Shown one piece after another: positions 1 to 15,000 of a stretch of DNA of 64,000 nt. Origin of the DNA: Nemertoderma westbladi (taxonomy: Eukaryota > Animalia > Xenacoelomorpha); assembly GCA_032718475.1 (NCBI GenBank), contig JAUCBJ010001728.1, positions 62,001 through 126,000 of the forward strand, given 5' to 3'. The notes under the pieces were generated by a model, which did no database searches, was not told the DNA's origin, and was given only the letters and a program-made list of their open reading frames with translations. How positions within the stretch are numbered: the stretch's first letter is position 1; every line of letters starts with the position of its first letter. Position numbers and translations under genes: made by a program.

Positions 1-3000
1 CATAGTAAATGTATGGAGGAGGGAAAGAACGTAGAGGCATTCATAGTAAATGTATGGAGGAGGGAATGAAGATCGTAGAGGCATTCATAGTAAATGTATG
101 GAGGAGGGAAAGAACGTAGAGGCATTCATAGTAAATGTATGGAGGAGGGAAAGAACGTAGAGGCATTCATAGTAAATGTATGGAGGAGGGAATGAAGATC
201 GTAGAGGCATTCATAGTAAATGTATGGAGTAGGGAAAGAACGTAGAGGCATTCATAGTAAATGTATGGAGGAGGGAATGAAGATCGTAGAGGCATTCATA
301 GTAAATGTATGGAGGAGGGAAAGAACGTAGAGGCATTCATAGTAAATGTATGGAGGAGGGAAAGAACGTAGAGGCATTCATAGTAAATGTATGGAGTAGG
401 GAAAGAACGTAGAGGCATTCATAGTAAATGTATGGAGGAGGGAATGAAGATCGTAGAGGCATTCATAGTAAATGTATGGAGGAGGGAAAGAACGTAGAGG
501 CATTCATAGTAAATGTATGGAGGAGGGAATGAAGATCGTAGAGGCATTCATAGTAAATGTATGGAGGAGGGAAAGAACGTAGAGGCATTCATAGTAAATG
601 TATGGAGGAGGGAAAGAACGTAGAGGCATTCATAGTAAATGTATGGAGTAGGGAAAGAACGTAGAGGCATTCATAGTAAATGTATGGAGGAGGGAAAGAT
701 CGTAGAGGCATTCATAGTAAATGTATGGAGGAGGGAATGAAGATCGTAGAGGCATTCATAGTAAATGTATGGAGGAGGGAAAGAACGTAGAGGCATTCAT
801 AGTAAATGTATGGAGGAGGGAATGAAGATCGTAGAGGCATTCATAGTAAATGTATGGAGGAGGGAAAGAACGTAGAGGCATTCATAGTAAATGTATGGAG
901 GAGGGAAAGAACGTAGAGGCATTCATAGTAAATGTATGGAGGAGGGAATGAAGATCGTAGAGGCATTCATAGTAAATGTATGGAGTAGGGAAAGAACGTA
1001 GAGGCATTCATAGTAAATGTATGGAGGAGGGAATGAAGATCGTAGAGGCATTCATAGTAAATGTATGGAGGAGGGAAAGAACGTAGAGGCATTCATAGTA
1101 AATGTATGGAGGAGGGAAAGAACGTAGAGGCATTCATAGTAAATGTATGGAGTAGGGAAAGAACGTAGAGGCATTCATAGTAAATGTATGGAGGAGGGAA
1201 TGAAGATCGTAGAGGCATTCATAGTAAATGTATGGAGGAGGGAAAGAACGTAGAGGCATTCATAGTAAATGTATGGAGTAGGGAAAGAACGTAGAGGCAT
1301 TCATAGTAAATGTATGGAGGAGGGAATGAAGATCGTAGAGGCATTCATAGTAAATGTATGGAGGAGGGAAAGAACGTAGAGGCATTCATAGTAAATGTAT
1401 GGAGGAGGGAATGAAGAACGTAGAGGCATTCATAGTAAATGTATGGAGGAGGGAATGAAGATCGTAGAGGCATTCATAGTAAATGTATGGAGGAGGGAAA
1501 GAACGTAGAGGCATTCATAGTAAATGTATGGAGTAGGGAAAGAACGTAGAGGCATTCATAGTAAATGTATGGAGGAGGGAATGAAGATCGTAGAGGCATT
1601 CATAGTAAATGTATGGAGGAGGGAAAGAACGTAGAGGCATTCATAGTAAATGTATGGAGGAGGGAAAGATCGTAGAGGCATTCATAGTAAATGTATGGAG
1701 GAGGGAATGAAGATCGTAGAGGCATTCATAGTAAATGTATGGAGTAGGGAAAGAACGTAGAGGCATTCATAGTAAATGTATGGAGGAGGGAATGAAGATC
1801 GTAGAGGCATTCATAGTAAATGTATGGAGGAGGGAAAGAACGTAGAGGCATTCATAGTAAATGTATGGAGGAGGGAAAGAACGTAGAGGCATTCATAGTA
1901 AATGTATGGAGTAGGGAAAGAACGTAGAGGCATTCATAGTAAATGTATGGAGGAGGGAATGAAGATCGTAGAGGCATTCATAGTAAATGTATGGAGGAGG
2001 GAAAGAACGTAGAGGCATTCATAGTAAATGTATGGAGTAGGGAAAGAACGTAGAGGCATTCATAGTAAATGTATGGAGGAGGGAATGAAGATCGTAGAGG
2101 CATTCATAGTAAATGTATGGAGGAGGGAATGAAGATCGTAGAGGCATTCATAGTAAATGTATGGAGGAGGGAAAGAACGTAGAGGCATTCATAGTAAATG
2201 TATGGAGGAGGGAAAGAACGTAGAGGCATTCATAGTAAATGTATGGAGGAGGGAATGAAGAACGTAGAGGCATTCATAGTAAATGTATGGAGGAGGGAAT
2301 GAAGAACGTAGAGGCATTCATAGTAAATGTATGGAGGAGGGAATGAAGATCGTAGAGGCATTCATAGTAAATGTATGGAGGAGGGAAAGAACGTAGAGGC
2401 ATTCATAGTAAATGTATGGAGTAGGGAAAGAACGTAGAGGCATTCATAGTAAATGTATGGAGGAGGGAATGAAGAACGTAGAGGCATTCATAGTAAATGT
2501 ATGGAGGAGGGAATGAAGAACGTAGAGGCATTCATAGTAAATGTATGGAGTAGGGAAAGAACGTAGAGGCATTCATAGTAAATGTATGGAGGAGGGAATG
2601 AAGAACGTAGAGGCATTCATAGTAAATGTATGGAGGAGGGAATGAAGAACGTAGAGGCATTCATAGTAAATGTATGGAGTAGGGAAAGAACGTAGAGGCA
2701 TTCATAGTAAATGTATGGAGTAGGGAAAGAACGTAGAGGCATTCATAGTAAATGTATGGAGGAGGGAATGAAGAACGTAGAGGCATTCATAGTAAATGTA
2801 TGGAGGAGGGAATGAAGAACGTAGAGGCATTCATAGTAAATGTATGGAGGAGGGAAAGAACGTAGAGGCATTCATAGTAAATGTATGGAGTAGGGAAAGA
2901 ACGTAGAGGCATTCATAGTAAATGTATGGAGGAGGGAATGAAGAACGTAGAGGCATTCATAGTAAATGTATGGAGGAGGGAATGAAGAACGTAGAGGCAT

Positions 3001-6000
3001 TCATAGTAAATGTATGGAGTAGGGAAAGAACGTAGAGGCATTCATAGTAAATGTATGGAGGAGGGAATGAAGAACGTAGAGGCATTCATAGTAAATGTAT
3101 GGAGTAGGGAAAGAACGTAGAGGCATTCATAGTAAATGTATGGAGGAGGGAAAGAACGTAGAGGCATTCATAGTAAATGTATGGAGGAGGGAATGAAGAA
3201 CGTAGAGGCATTCATAGTAAATGTATGGAGGAGGGAATGAAGAACGTAGAGGCATTCATAGTAAATGTATGGAGGAGGGAATGAAGATCGTAGAGGCATT
3301 CATAGTAAATGTATGGAGGAGGGAAAGAACGTAGAGGCATTCATAGTAAATGTATGGAGGAGGGAAAGAACGTAGAGGCATTCATAGTAAATGTATGGAG
3401 GAGGGAATGAAGAACGTAGAGGCATTCATAGTAAATGTATGGAGGAGGGAATGAAGAACGTAGAGGCATTCATAGTAAATGTATGGAGGAGGGAATGAAG
3501 ATCGTAGAGGCATTCATAGTAAATGTATGGAGGAGGGAATGAAGATCGTAGAGGCATTCATAGTAAATGTATGGAGTAGGGAAAGAACGTAGAGGCATTC
3601 ATAGTAAATGTATGGAGGAGGGAATGAAGATCGTAGAGGCATTCATAGTAAATGTATGGAGGAGGGAAAGAACGTAGAGGCATTCATAGTAAATGTATGG
3701 AGGAGGGAATGAAGATCGTAGAGGCATTCATAGTAAATGTATGGAGGAGGGAAAGAACGTAGAGGCATTCATAGTAAATGTATGGAGGAGGGAAAGAACG
3801 TAGAGGCATTCATAGTAAATGTATGGAGGAGGGAATGAAGATCGTAGAGGCATTCATAGTAAATGTATGGAGGAGGGAATGAAGATCGTAGAGGCATTCA
3901 TAGTAAATGTATGGAGGAGGGAAAGAACGTAGAGGCATTCATAGTAAATGTATGGAGGAGGGAAAGAACGTAGAGGCATTCATAGTAAATGTATGGAGGA
4001 GGGAATGAAGATCGTAGAGGCATTCATAGTAAATGTATGGAGTAGGGAAAGAACGTAGAGGCATTCATAGTAAATGTATGGAGTAGGGAAAGAACGTAGA
4101 GGCATTCATAGTAAATGTATGGAGGAGGGAAAGAACGTAGAGGCATTCATAGTAAATGTATGGAGTAGGGAAAGAAGAACGTAGAGGCATTCATAGTAAA
4201 TGTATGGAGGAGGGACGGAGCGTAGAGGCATTCATAGTAAATGTATGGAGTAGGGAAAGAACGTAGAGGCATTCATAGTAAATGTATGGAGGAGGGAATG
4301 AAGATCGTAGAGGCATTCATAGTAAATGTATGGAGTAGGGAAAGAACGTAGAGGCATTCATAGTAAATGTATGGAGTAGGGAAAGAACGTAGAGGCATTC
4401 ATAGTAAATGTATGGAGGAGGGAAAGAACGTAGAGGCATTCATAGTAAATGTATGGAGTAGGGAAAGAAGAACGTAGAGGCATTCATAGTAAATGTATGG
4501 AGTAGGGAAAGAACGTAGAGGCATTCATAGTAAATGTATGGAGGAGGGAAAGAACGTAGAGGCATTCATAGTAAATGTATGGAGTAGGGAAAGAAGAACG
4601 TAGAGGCATTCATAGTAAATGTATGGAGTAGGGAAAGAACGTAGAGGCATTCATAGTAAATGTATGGAGGAGGGAAAGAACGTAGAGGCATTCATAGTAA
4701 ATGTATGGAGGAGGGAAAGAAGATCGTAGAGGCATTCATAGTAAATGTATGGAGGAGGGAATGAAGATCGTAGAGGCATTCATAGTAAATGTATGGAGGA
4801 GGGAAAGAAGATCGTAGAGGCATTCATAGTAAATGTATGGAGGAGGGACGGAACGTAGAGGCATTCATAGTAAATGTATGGAGGAGGGAAAGAACGTAGA
4901 GGCATTCATAGTAAATGTATGGAGGAGGGAAAGAACGTAGAGGCATTCATAGTAAATGTATGGAGGAGGGAAAGAACGTAGAGGCATTCATAGTAAATGT
5001 ATGGAGTAGGGAAAGAACGTAGAGGCATTCATAGTAAATGTATGGAGGAGGGAAAGAACATAGAGGCATTCATAGTAAATGTATGGAGTAGGGAGAGAAC
5101 GTAGAGGCATTCATAGTAAATGTATGGTGTAGGGACGGAACGTAGAGGCATTCATAGTAAATGTATGGAGGAGGGAAAGAACATAGAGGCATTCATAGTA
5201 AATGTATGGAGTAGGGAAAGAACGTAGAGGCATTCATAGTAAATGTATGGAGTAGGGAAAGAACGTAGAGGCATTCATAGTAAATGTATGGAGTAGGGAG
5301 AGAACGTAGAGGCATTCATAGTAAATGTATGGAGTAGGGAAAGAACGTAGAGGCATTCATAGTAAATGTATGGTGTAGGGACGGAACGTAGAGGCATTCA
5401 TAGTAAATGTATGGAGTAGGGAGAGAACGTAGAGGCATTCATAGTAAATGTATGGAGTAGGGAAAGAACGTAGAGGCATTCATAGTAAATGTATGGTGTA
5501 GGGACGGAACGTAGAGGCATTCATAGTAAATGTATGGAGTAGGGAGAGAACGTAGAGGCATTCATAGTAAATGTATGGAGTAGGGAAAGAACGTAGAGGC
5601 ATTCATAGTAAATGTATGGAGTAGGGAAAGAACGTAGAGGCATTCATAGTAAATGTATGGAGTAGGGACGGAACGTAGAGGCATTCATAGTAAATGTATG
5701 GAGGAGGGAAAGAACGTAGAGGCATTCATAGTAAATGTATGGAGTAGGGAAAGAAGAACGTAGAGGCATTCATAGTAAATGTATGGAGTAGGGAAAGAAC
5801 GTAGAGGCATTCATAGTAAATGTATGGAGTAGGGACGGAACGTAGAGGCATTCATAGTAAATGTATGGAGGAGGGAAAGAAGATCGTAGAGGCATTCATA
5901 GTAAATGTATGGAGGAGGGAAAGAAGATCGTAGAGGCATTCATAGTAAATGTATGGAGGAGGGAAAGAACGTAGAGGCATTCATAGTAAATGTATGGAGT

Positions 6001-9000
6001 AGGGAAAGAAGAACGTAGAGGCATTCATAGTAAATGTATGGAGTAGGGAAAGAACGTAGAGGCATTCATAGTAAATGTATGGAGTAGGGACGGAACGTAG
6101 AGGCATTCATAGTAAATGTATGGAGGAGGGAAAGAAGATCGTAGAGGCATTCATAGTAAATGTATGGAGTAGGGAAAGAACGTAGAGGCATTCATAGTAA
6201 ATGTATGGAGTAGGGAAAGAACGTAGAGGCATTCATAGTAAATGTATGGAGGAGGGAAAGAACGTAGAGGCATTCATAGTAAATGTATGGAGTAGGGAAA
6301 GAACGTAGAGGCATTCATAGTAAATGTATGGAGTAGGGACGGAACGTAGAGGCATTCATAGTAAATGTATGGAGTAGGGAAAGAAGATCGTAGAGGCATT
6401 CATAGTAAATGTATGGAGTAGGGAAAGAACGTAGAGGCATTCATAGTAAATGTATGGAGTAGGGAAAGAACGTAGAGGCATTCATAGTAAATGTATGGAG
6501 GAGGGAAAGAACGTAGAGGCATTCATAGTAAATGTATGGAGTAGGGAAAGAACGTAGAGGCATTCATAGTAAATGTATGGAGGAGGGAAAGAACATAGAG
6601 GCATTCATAGTAAATGTATGGAGTAGGGAGAGAACGTAGAGGCATTCATAGTAAATGTATGGAGTAGGGAGAGAACGTAGAGGCATTCATAGTAAATGTA
6701 TGGAGTAGGGAGAGAACGTAGAGGCATTCATAGTAAATGTATGGTGTAGGGACGGAACGTAGAGGCATTCATAGTAAATGTATGGAGGAGGGAAAGAACA
6801 TAGAGGCATTCATAGTAAATGTATGGAGTAGGGAAAGAACGTAGAGGCATTCATAGTAAATGTATGGAGTAGGGAAAGAACGTAGAGGCATTCATAGTAA
6901 ATGTATGGTGTAGGGACGGAACGTAGAGGCATTCATAGTAAATGTATGGAGGAGGGAAAGAACATAGAGGCATTCATAGTAAATGTATGGAGTAGGGAAA
7001 GAACGTAGAGGCATTCATAGTAAATGTATGGAGGAGGGAAAGAACATAGAGGCATTCATAGTAAATGTATGGAGGAGGGAAAGAACATAGAGGCATTCAT
7101 AGTAAATGTATGGAGTAGGGAGAGAACGTAGAGGCATTCATAGTAAATGTATGGAGTAGGGAGAGAACGTAGAGGCATTCATAGTAAATGTATGGAGTAG
7201 GGAGAGAACGTAGAGGCATTCATAGTAAATGTATGGAGGAGGGAAAGAACATAGAGGCATTCATAGTAAATGTATGGAGTAGGGAGAGAACGTAGAGGCA
7301 TTCATAGTAAATGTATGGAGTAGGGAGAGAACGTAGAGGCATTCATAGTAAATGTATGGAGTAGGGAGAGAACGTAGAGGCATTCATAGTAAATGTATGG
7401 TGTAGGGACGGAACGTAGAGGCATTCATAGTAAATGTATGGAGGAGGGAAAGAACATAGAGGCATTCATAGTAAATGTATGGAGTAGGGAAAGAACGTAG
7501 AGGCATTCATAGTAAATGTATGGAGTAGGGAAAGAACGTAGAGGCATTCATAGTAAATGTATGGTGTAGGGACGGAACGTAGAGGCATTCATAGTAAATG
7601 TATGGAGGAGGGAAAGAACATAGAGGCATTCATAGTAAATGTATGGAGTAGGGAAAGAACGTAGAGGCATTCATAGTAAATGTATGGAGTAGGGAAAGAA
7701 CGTAGAGGCATTCATAGTAAATGTATGGTGTAGGGACGGAACGTAGAGGCATTCATAGTAAATGTATGGAGGAGGGAAAGAACATAGAGGCATTCATAGT
7801 AAATGTATGGAGTAGGGAAAGAACGTAGAGGCATTCATAGTAAATGTATGGAGGAGGGAAAGAACATAGAGGCATTCATAGTAAATGTATGGAGTAGGGA
7901 AAGAACGTAGAGGCATTCATAGTAAATGTATGGAGTAGGGAAAGAACGTAGAGGCATTCATAGTAAATGTATGGAGTAGGGAAAGAACGTAGAGGCATTC
8001 ATAGTAAATGTATGGAGGAGGGAAAGAACGTAGAGGCATTCATAGTAAATGTATGGAGTAGGGAAAGAACGTAGAGGCATTCATAGTAAATGTATGGAGT
8101 AGGGACGGAACGTAGAGGCATTCATAGTAAATGTATGGAGTAGGGAAAGAAGATCGTAGAGGCATTCATAGTAAATGTATGGAGTAGGGAAAGAACGTAG
8201 AGGCATTCATAGTAAATGTATGGAGTAGGGAAAGAACGTAGAGGCATTCATAGTAAATGTATGGAGGAGGGAAAGAACGTAGAGGCATTCATAGTAAATG
8301 TATGGAGTAGGGAAAGAACGTAGAGGCATTCATAGTAAATGTATGGAGTAGGGACGGAACGTAGAGGCATTCATAGTAAATGTATGGAGGAGGGAAAGAA
8401 CATAGAGGCATTCATAGTAAATGTATGGAGTAGGGAGAGAACGTAGAGGCATTCATAGTAAATGTATGGAGTAGGGAGAGAACGTAGAGGCATTCATAGT
8501 AAATGTATGGAGTAGGGAGAGAACGTAGAGGCATTCATAGTAAATGTATGGTGTAGGGACGGAACGTAGAGGCATTCATAGTAAATGTATGGAGGAGGGA
8601 AAGAACATAGAGGCATTCATAGTAAATGTATGGAGTAGGGAAAGAACGTAGAGGCATTCATAGTAAATGTATGGAGTAGGGAAAGAACGTAGAGGCATTC
8701 ATAGTAAATGTATGGAGTAGGGAGAGAACGTAGAGGCATTCATAGTAAATGTATGGAGTAGGGAAAGAACGTAGAGGCATTCATAGTAAATGTATGGTGT
8801 AGGGACGGAACGTAGAGGCATTCATAGTAAATGTATGGAGTAGGGAGAGAACGTAGAGGCATTCATAGTAAATGTATGGAGTAGGGAAAGAACGTAGAGG
8901 CATTCATAGTAAATGTATGGAGGAGGGAAAGAACGTAGAGGCATTCATAGTAAATGTATGGAGGAGGGAAAGAACATAGAGGCATTCATAGTAAATGTAT

Positions 9001-12000
9001 GGAGTAGGGAAAGAACGTAGAGGCATTCATAGTAAATGTATGGAGTAGGGAAAGAACGTAGAGGCATTCATAGTAAATGTATGGAGTAGGGAGAGAACGT
9101 AGAGGCATTCATAGTAAATGTATGGAGTAGGGAAAGAACGTAGAGGCATTCATAGTAAATGTATGGTGTAGGGACGGAACGTAGAGGCATTCATAGTAAA
9201 TGTATGGAGTAGGGAGAGAACGTAGAGGCATTCATAGTAAATGTATGGAGTAGGGAAAGAACGTAGAGGCATTCATAGTAAATGTATGGTGTAGGGACGG
9301 AACGTAGAGGCATTCATAGTAAATGTATGGAGTAGGGAGAGAACGTAGAGGCATTCATAGTAAATGAGTAGGGAAAGAACGTAGAGGCATTCATAGTAAA
9401 TGTATGGAGGAGGGAAAGAACATAGAGGCATTCATAGTAAATGTATGGAGTAGGGAAAGAACGTAGAGGCATTCATAGTAAATGTATGGTGTAGGGACGG
9501 AACGTAGAGGCATTCATAGTAAATGTATGGAGGAGGGAAAGAACGTAGAGGCATTCATAGTAAATGTATGGTGTAGGGACGGAACGTAGAGGCATTCATA
9601 GTAAATGTATGGAGTAGGGAGAGAACGTAGAGGCATTCATAGTAAATGTATGGAGTAGGGAGAGAACGTAGAGGCATTCATAGTAAATGAGTAGGGAAAG
9701 AACGTAGAGGCATTCATAGTAAATGTATGGAGGAGGGAAAGAACATAGAGGCATTCATAGTAAATGTATGGAGTAGGGAAAGAACGTAGAGGCATTCATA
9801 GTAAATGTATGGTGTAGGGACGGAACGTAGAGGCATTCATAGTAAATGTATGGAGGAGGGAAAGAACGTAGAGGCATTCATAGTAAATGTATGGAGTAGG
9901 GAAAGAACGTAGAGGCATTCATAGTAAATGTATGGAGGAGGGAAAGAACGTAGAGGCATTCATAGTAAATGTATGGAGTAGGGAAGGAACGTAGAGGCAT
10001 TCATAGTAAATGTATGGAGTAGGGAAGGAACGTAGAGGCATTCATAGTAAATGTATGGAGTAGGGAAGGAACGTAGAGGCATTCATAGTAAATGTATGGT
10101 GGAGGGAATGAAGAACGTAGAGGCATTCATAGTAAATGTATGGAGTAGGGAAAGAACGTAGAGGCATTCATAGTAAATGTATGGAGTAGGGACGGAGCGT
10201 AGAGGCATTCATAGTAAATGTATGGTGTAGGGACGGAACGTAGAGGCATTCATAGTAAATGTATGGAGGAGGGAAAGAACGTAGAGGCATTCATAGTAAA
10301 TGTATGGTGGAGGGAATGAAGAACGTAGAGGCATTCATAGTAAATGTATGGAGTAGGGAAAGAACGTAGAGGCATTCATAGTAAATGTATGGAGTAGGGA
10401 CGGAGCGTAGAGGCATTCATAGTAAATGTATGGAGGAGGGAAAGAACGTAGAGGCATTCATAGTAAATGTATGGAGGAGGGAATGAACGTAGAGGCATTC
10501 ATAGTAAATGTATGGAGGAGGGAAAGAACGTAGAGGCATTCATAGTAAATGTATGGAGGAGGGAAAGAACGTAGAGGCATTCATAGTAAATGTATGGAGG
10601 AGGGAAAGAACGTAGAGGCATTCATAGTAAATGTATGGAGGAGGGAAAGAACGTAGAGGCATTCATAGTAAATGTATGGAGTAGGGACGGAACGTAGAGG
10701 CATTCATAGTAAATGTATGGTGTAGGGACGGAACGTAGAGGCATTCATAGTAAATGTATGGAGGAGGGAATGAACGTAGAGGCATTCATAGTAAATGTAT
10801 GGAGTAGGGACGGAACGTAGAGGCATTCATAGTAAATGTATGGTGTAGGGACGGAACGTAGAGGCATTCATAGTAAATGTATGGAGGAGGGAATGAACGT
10901 AGAGGCATTCATAGTAAATGTATGGAGGAGGGAAAGAACGTAGAGGCATTCATAGTAAATGTATGGTGTAGGGACGGAACGTAGAGGCATTCATAGTAAA
11001 TGTATGGAGGAGGGAATGAACGTAGAGGCATTCATAGTAAATGTATGGAGGAGGGAAAGAACGTAGAGGCATTCATAGTAAATGTATGGTGTAGGGACGG
11101 AACGTAGAGGCATTCATAGTAAATGTATGGAGGAGGGAAAGATCGTAGAGGCATTCATAGTAAATGTATGGTGTAGGGACGGAACGTAGAGGCATTCATA
11201 GTAAATGTATGGAGGAGGGAAAGATCGTAGAGGCATTCATAGTAAATGTATGGAGTAGGGAATGAACGTAGAGGCATTCATAGTAAATGTATGGAGGAGG
11301 GAAAGAACGTAGAGGCATTCATAGTAAATGTATGGAGGAGGGAAAGAACGTAGAGGCATTCATAGTAAATGTATGGAGTAGGGACGGAACGTAGAGGCAT
11401 TCATAGTAAATGTATGGTGTAGGGACGGAACGTAGAGGCATTCATAGTAAATGTATGGAGGAGGGAATGAACGTAGAGGCATTCATAGTAAATGTATGGA
11501 GTAGGGACGGAACGTAGAGGCATTCATAGTAAATGTATGGTGTAGGGACGGAACGTAGAGGCATTCATAGTAAATGTATGGAGGAGGGAATGAACGTAGA
11601 GGCATTCATAGTAAATGTATGGAGGAGGGAAAGAACGTAGAGGCATTCATAGTAAATGTATGGAGGAGGGAAAGAACGTAGAGGCATTCATAGTAAATGT
11701 ATGGAGGAGGGAAAGAACGTAGAGGCATTCATAGTAAATGTATGGAGGAGGGAAAGAACGTAGAGGCATTCATAGTAAATGTATGGAGGAGGGAAAGAAC
11801 GTAGAGGCATTCATAGTAAATGTATGGAGTAGGGACGGAACGTAGAGGCATTCATAGTAAATGTATGGTGTAGGGACGGAACGTAGAGGCATTCATAGTA
11901 AATGTATGGAGGAGGGAAAGAACGTAGAGGCATTCATAGTAAATGTATGGAGTAGGGACGGAACGTAGAGGCATTCATAGTAAATGTATGGAGGAGGGAA

Positions 12001-15000
12001 AGAACGTAGAGGCATTCATAGTAAATGTATGGAGTAGGGACGGAACGTAGAGGCATTCATAGTAAATGTATGGAGGAGGGAAAGAACGTAGAGGCATTCA
12101 TAGTAAATGTATGGAGTAGGGACGGAACGTAGAGGCATTCATAGTAAATGTATGGTGTAGGGACGGAACGTAGAGGCATTCATAGTAAATGTATGGAGGA
12201 GGGAAAGAACGTAGAGGCATTCATAGTAAATGTATGGAGTAGGGACGGAACGTAGAGGCATTCATAGTAAATGTATGGTGTAGGGACGGAACGTAGAGGC
12301 ATTCATAGTAAATGTATGGAGTAGGGAAAGAACGTAGAGGCATTCCTAGTAAATGTATGGAGTAGGGAAAGAACGTAGAGGCATTCCTAGTAAATGTATG
12401 GAGTAGGGAAAGAACGTAGAGGCATTCATAGTAAATGTATGGTGTAGGGACGGAACGTAGAGGCATTCATAGTAAATGTATGGAGGAGGGAAAGAACGTA
12501 GAGGCATTCATAGTAAATGTATGGTGTAGGGACGGAACGTAGAGGCATTCATAGTAAATGTATGGAGGAGGGAAAGAACGTAGAGGCATTCATAGTAAAT
12601 GTATGGTGTAGGGACGGAACGTAGAGGCATTCATAGTAAATGTATGGAGGAGGGAATGAACGTAGAGGCATTCATAGTAAATGTATGGAGGAGGGAAAGA
12701 ACGTAGAGGCATTCATAGTAAATGTATGGTGTAGGGACGGAACGTAGAGGCATTCATAGTAAATGTATGGAGGAGGGAAAGATCGTAGAGGCATTCATAG
12801 TAAATGTATGGTGTAGGGAAAGAACGTAGAGGCATTCCTAGTAAATGTATGGAGTAGGGAAAGAACGTAGAGGCATTCCTAGTAAATGTATGGAGTAGGG
12901 AAAGAACGTAGAGGCATTCATAGTAAATGTATGGTGTAGGGACGGAACGTAGAGGCATTCATAGTAAATGTATGGAGGAGGGAAAGAACGTAGAGGCATT
13001 CATAGTAAATGTATGGTGTAGGGACGGAACGTAGAGGCATTCATAGTAAATGTATGGTGTAGGGACGGAACGTAGAGGCATTCATAGTAAATGTATGGTG
13101 TAGGGACGGAACGTAGAGGCATTCATAGTAAATGTATGGAGGAGGGAAAGAACGTAGAGGCATTCCTAGTAAATGTATGGAGTAGGGAAAGAACGTAGAG
13201 GCATTCATAGTAAATGTATGGTGTAGGGACGGAACGTAGAGGCATTCATAGTAAATGTATGGAGGAGGGAAAGAACGTAGAGGCATTCATAGTAAATGTA
13301 TGGTGGAGGGAATGAAGAACGTAGAGGCATTCATAGTAAATGTATGGAGTAGGGAAAGAACGTAGAGGCATTCATAGTAAATGTATGGAGTAGGGACGGA
13401 GCGTAGAGGCATTCATAGTAAATGTATGGTGTAGGGACGGAACGTAGAGGCATTCATAGTAAATGTATGGAGGAGGGAAAGAACGTAGAGGCATTCATAG
13501 TAAATGTATGGTGTAGGGACGGAACGTAGAGGCATTCATAGTAAATGTATGGAGTAGGGAAAGAACGTAGAGGCATTCATAGTAAATGTATGGTGTAGGG
13601 ACGGAACGTAGAGGCATTCATAGTAAATGTATGGAGGAGGGAAAGAACGTAGAGGCATTCATAGTAAATGTATGGTGGAGGGAATGAAGAACGTAGAGGC
13701 ATTCATAGTAAATGTATGGAGTAGGGAAAGAACGTAGAGGCATTCATAGTAAATGTATGGAGTAGGGACGGAGCGTAGAGGCATTCATAGTAAATGTATG
13801 GTGTAGGGACGGAACGTAGAGGCATTCATAGTAAATGTATGGAGGAGGGAAAGAACGTAGAGGCATTCATAGTAAATGTATGGAGTAGGGACGGAACGTA
13901 GAGGCATTCATAGTAAATGTATGGTGTAGGGACGGAACGTAGAGGCATTCATAGTAAATGTATGGAGTAGGGACGGAACGTAGAGGCATTCATAGTAAAT
14001 GTATGGTGTAGGGACGGAACGTAGAGGCATTCATAGTAAATGTATGGAGGAGGGAAAGAACGTAGAGGCATTCATAGTAAATGTATGGAGTAGGGAAAGA
14101 ACGTAGAGGCATTCATAGTAAATGTATGGAGTAGGGACGGAGCGTAGAGGCATTCATAGTAAATGTATGGTGTAGGGACGGAACGTAGAGGCATTCATAG
14201 TAAATGTATGGAGGAGGGAAAGAACGTAGAGGCATTCATAATAAATGTATGGAGGAGGGAAAGAACGTAGAGGCATTCATAGTAAATGTATGGAGTAGGG
14301 ACGGAGCGTAGAGGCATTCATAGTAAATGTATGGTGTAGGGACGGAACGTAGAGGCATTCATAGTAAATGTATGGAGGAGGGAAAGAACGTAGAGGCATT
14401 CATAATAAATGTATGGAGGAGGGAAAGAACGTAGAGGCATTCATAGTAAATGTATGGAGTAGGGAGAGAACGTAGAGGCATTCATAGTAAATGTATGGAG
14501 TAGGGACGGAACGTAGAGGCATTCATAGTAAATGTATGGAGTAGGGACGGAACGTAGAGGCATTCATAGTAAATGTATGGTGTAGGGACGGAACGTAGAG
14601 GCATTCATAGTAAATGTATGGAGGAGGGAAAGAACGTAGAGGCATTCATAGTAAATGTATGGTGTAGGGACGGAACGTAGAGGCATTCATAGTAAATGTA
14701 TGGAGTAGGGAGAGAACGTAGAGGCATTCATAGTAAATGTATGGAGTAGGGAGAGAACGTAGAGGCATTCATAGTAAATGAGTAGGGAAAGAACGTAGAG
14801 GCATTCATAGTAAATGAGGAGGGAGAGAACGTAGAGGCATTCATAGTAAATGTATGGAGTAGGGAAAGAACGTAGAGGCATTCATAGTAAATGTATGGAG
14901 TAGGGAAAGAACGTAGAGGCATTCATAGTAAATGTATGGAGGAGGGAAAGAAGATCGTAGAGGCATTCATAGTAAATGTATGGAGGAGGGAAAGAAGATC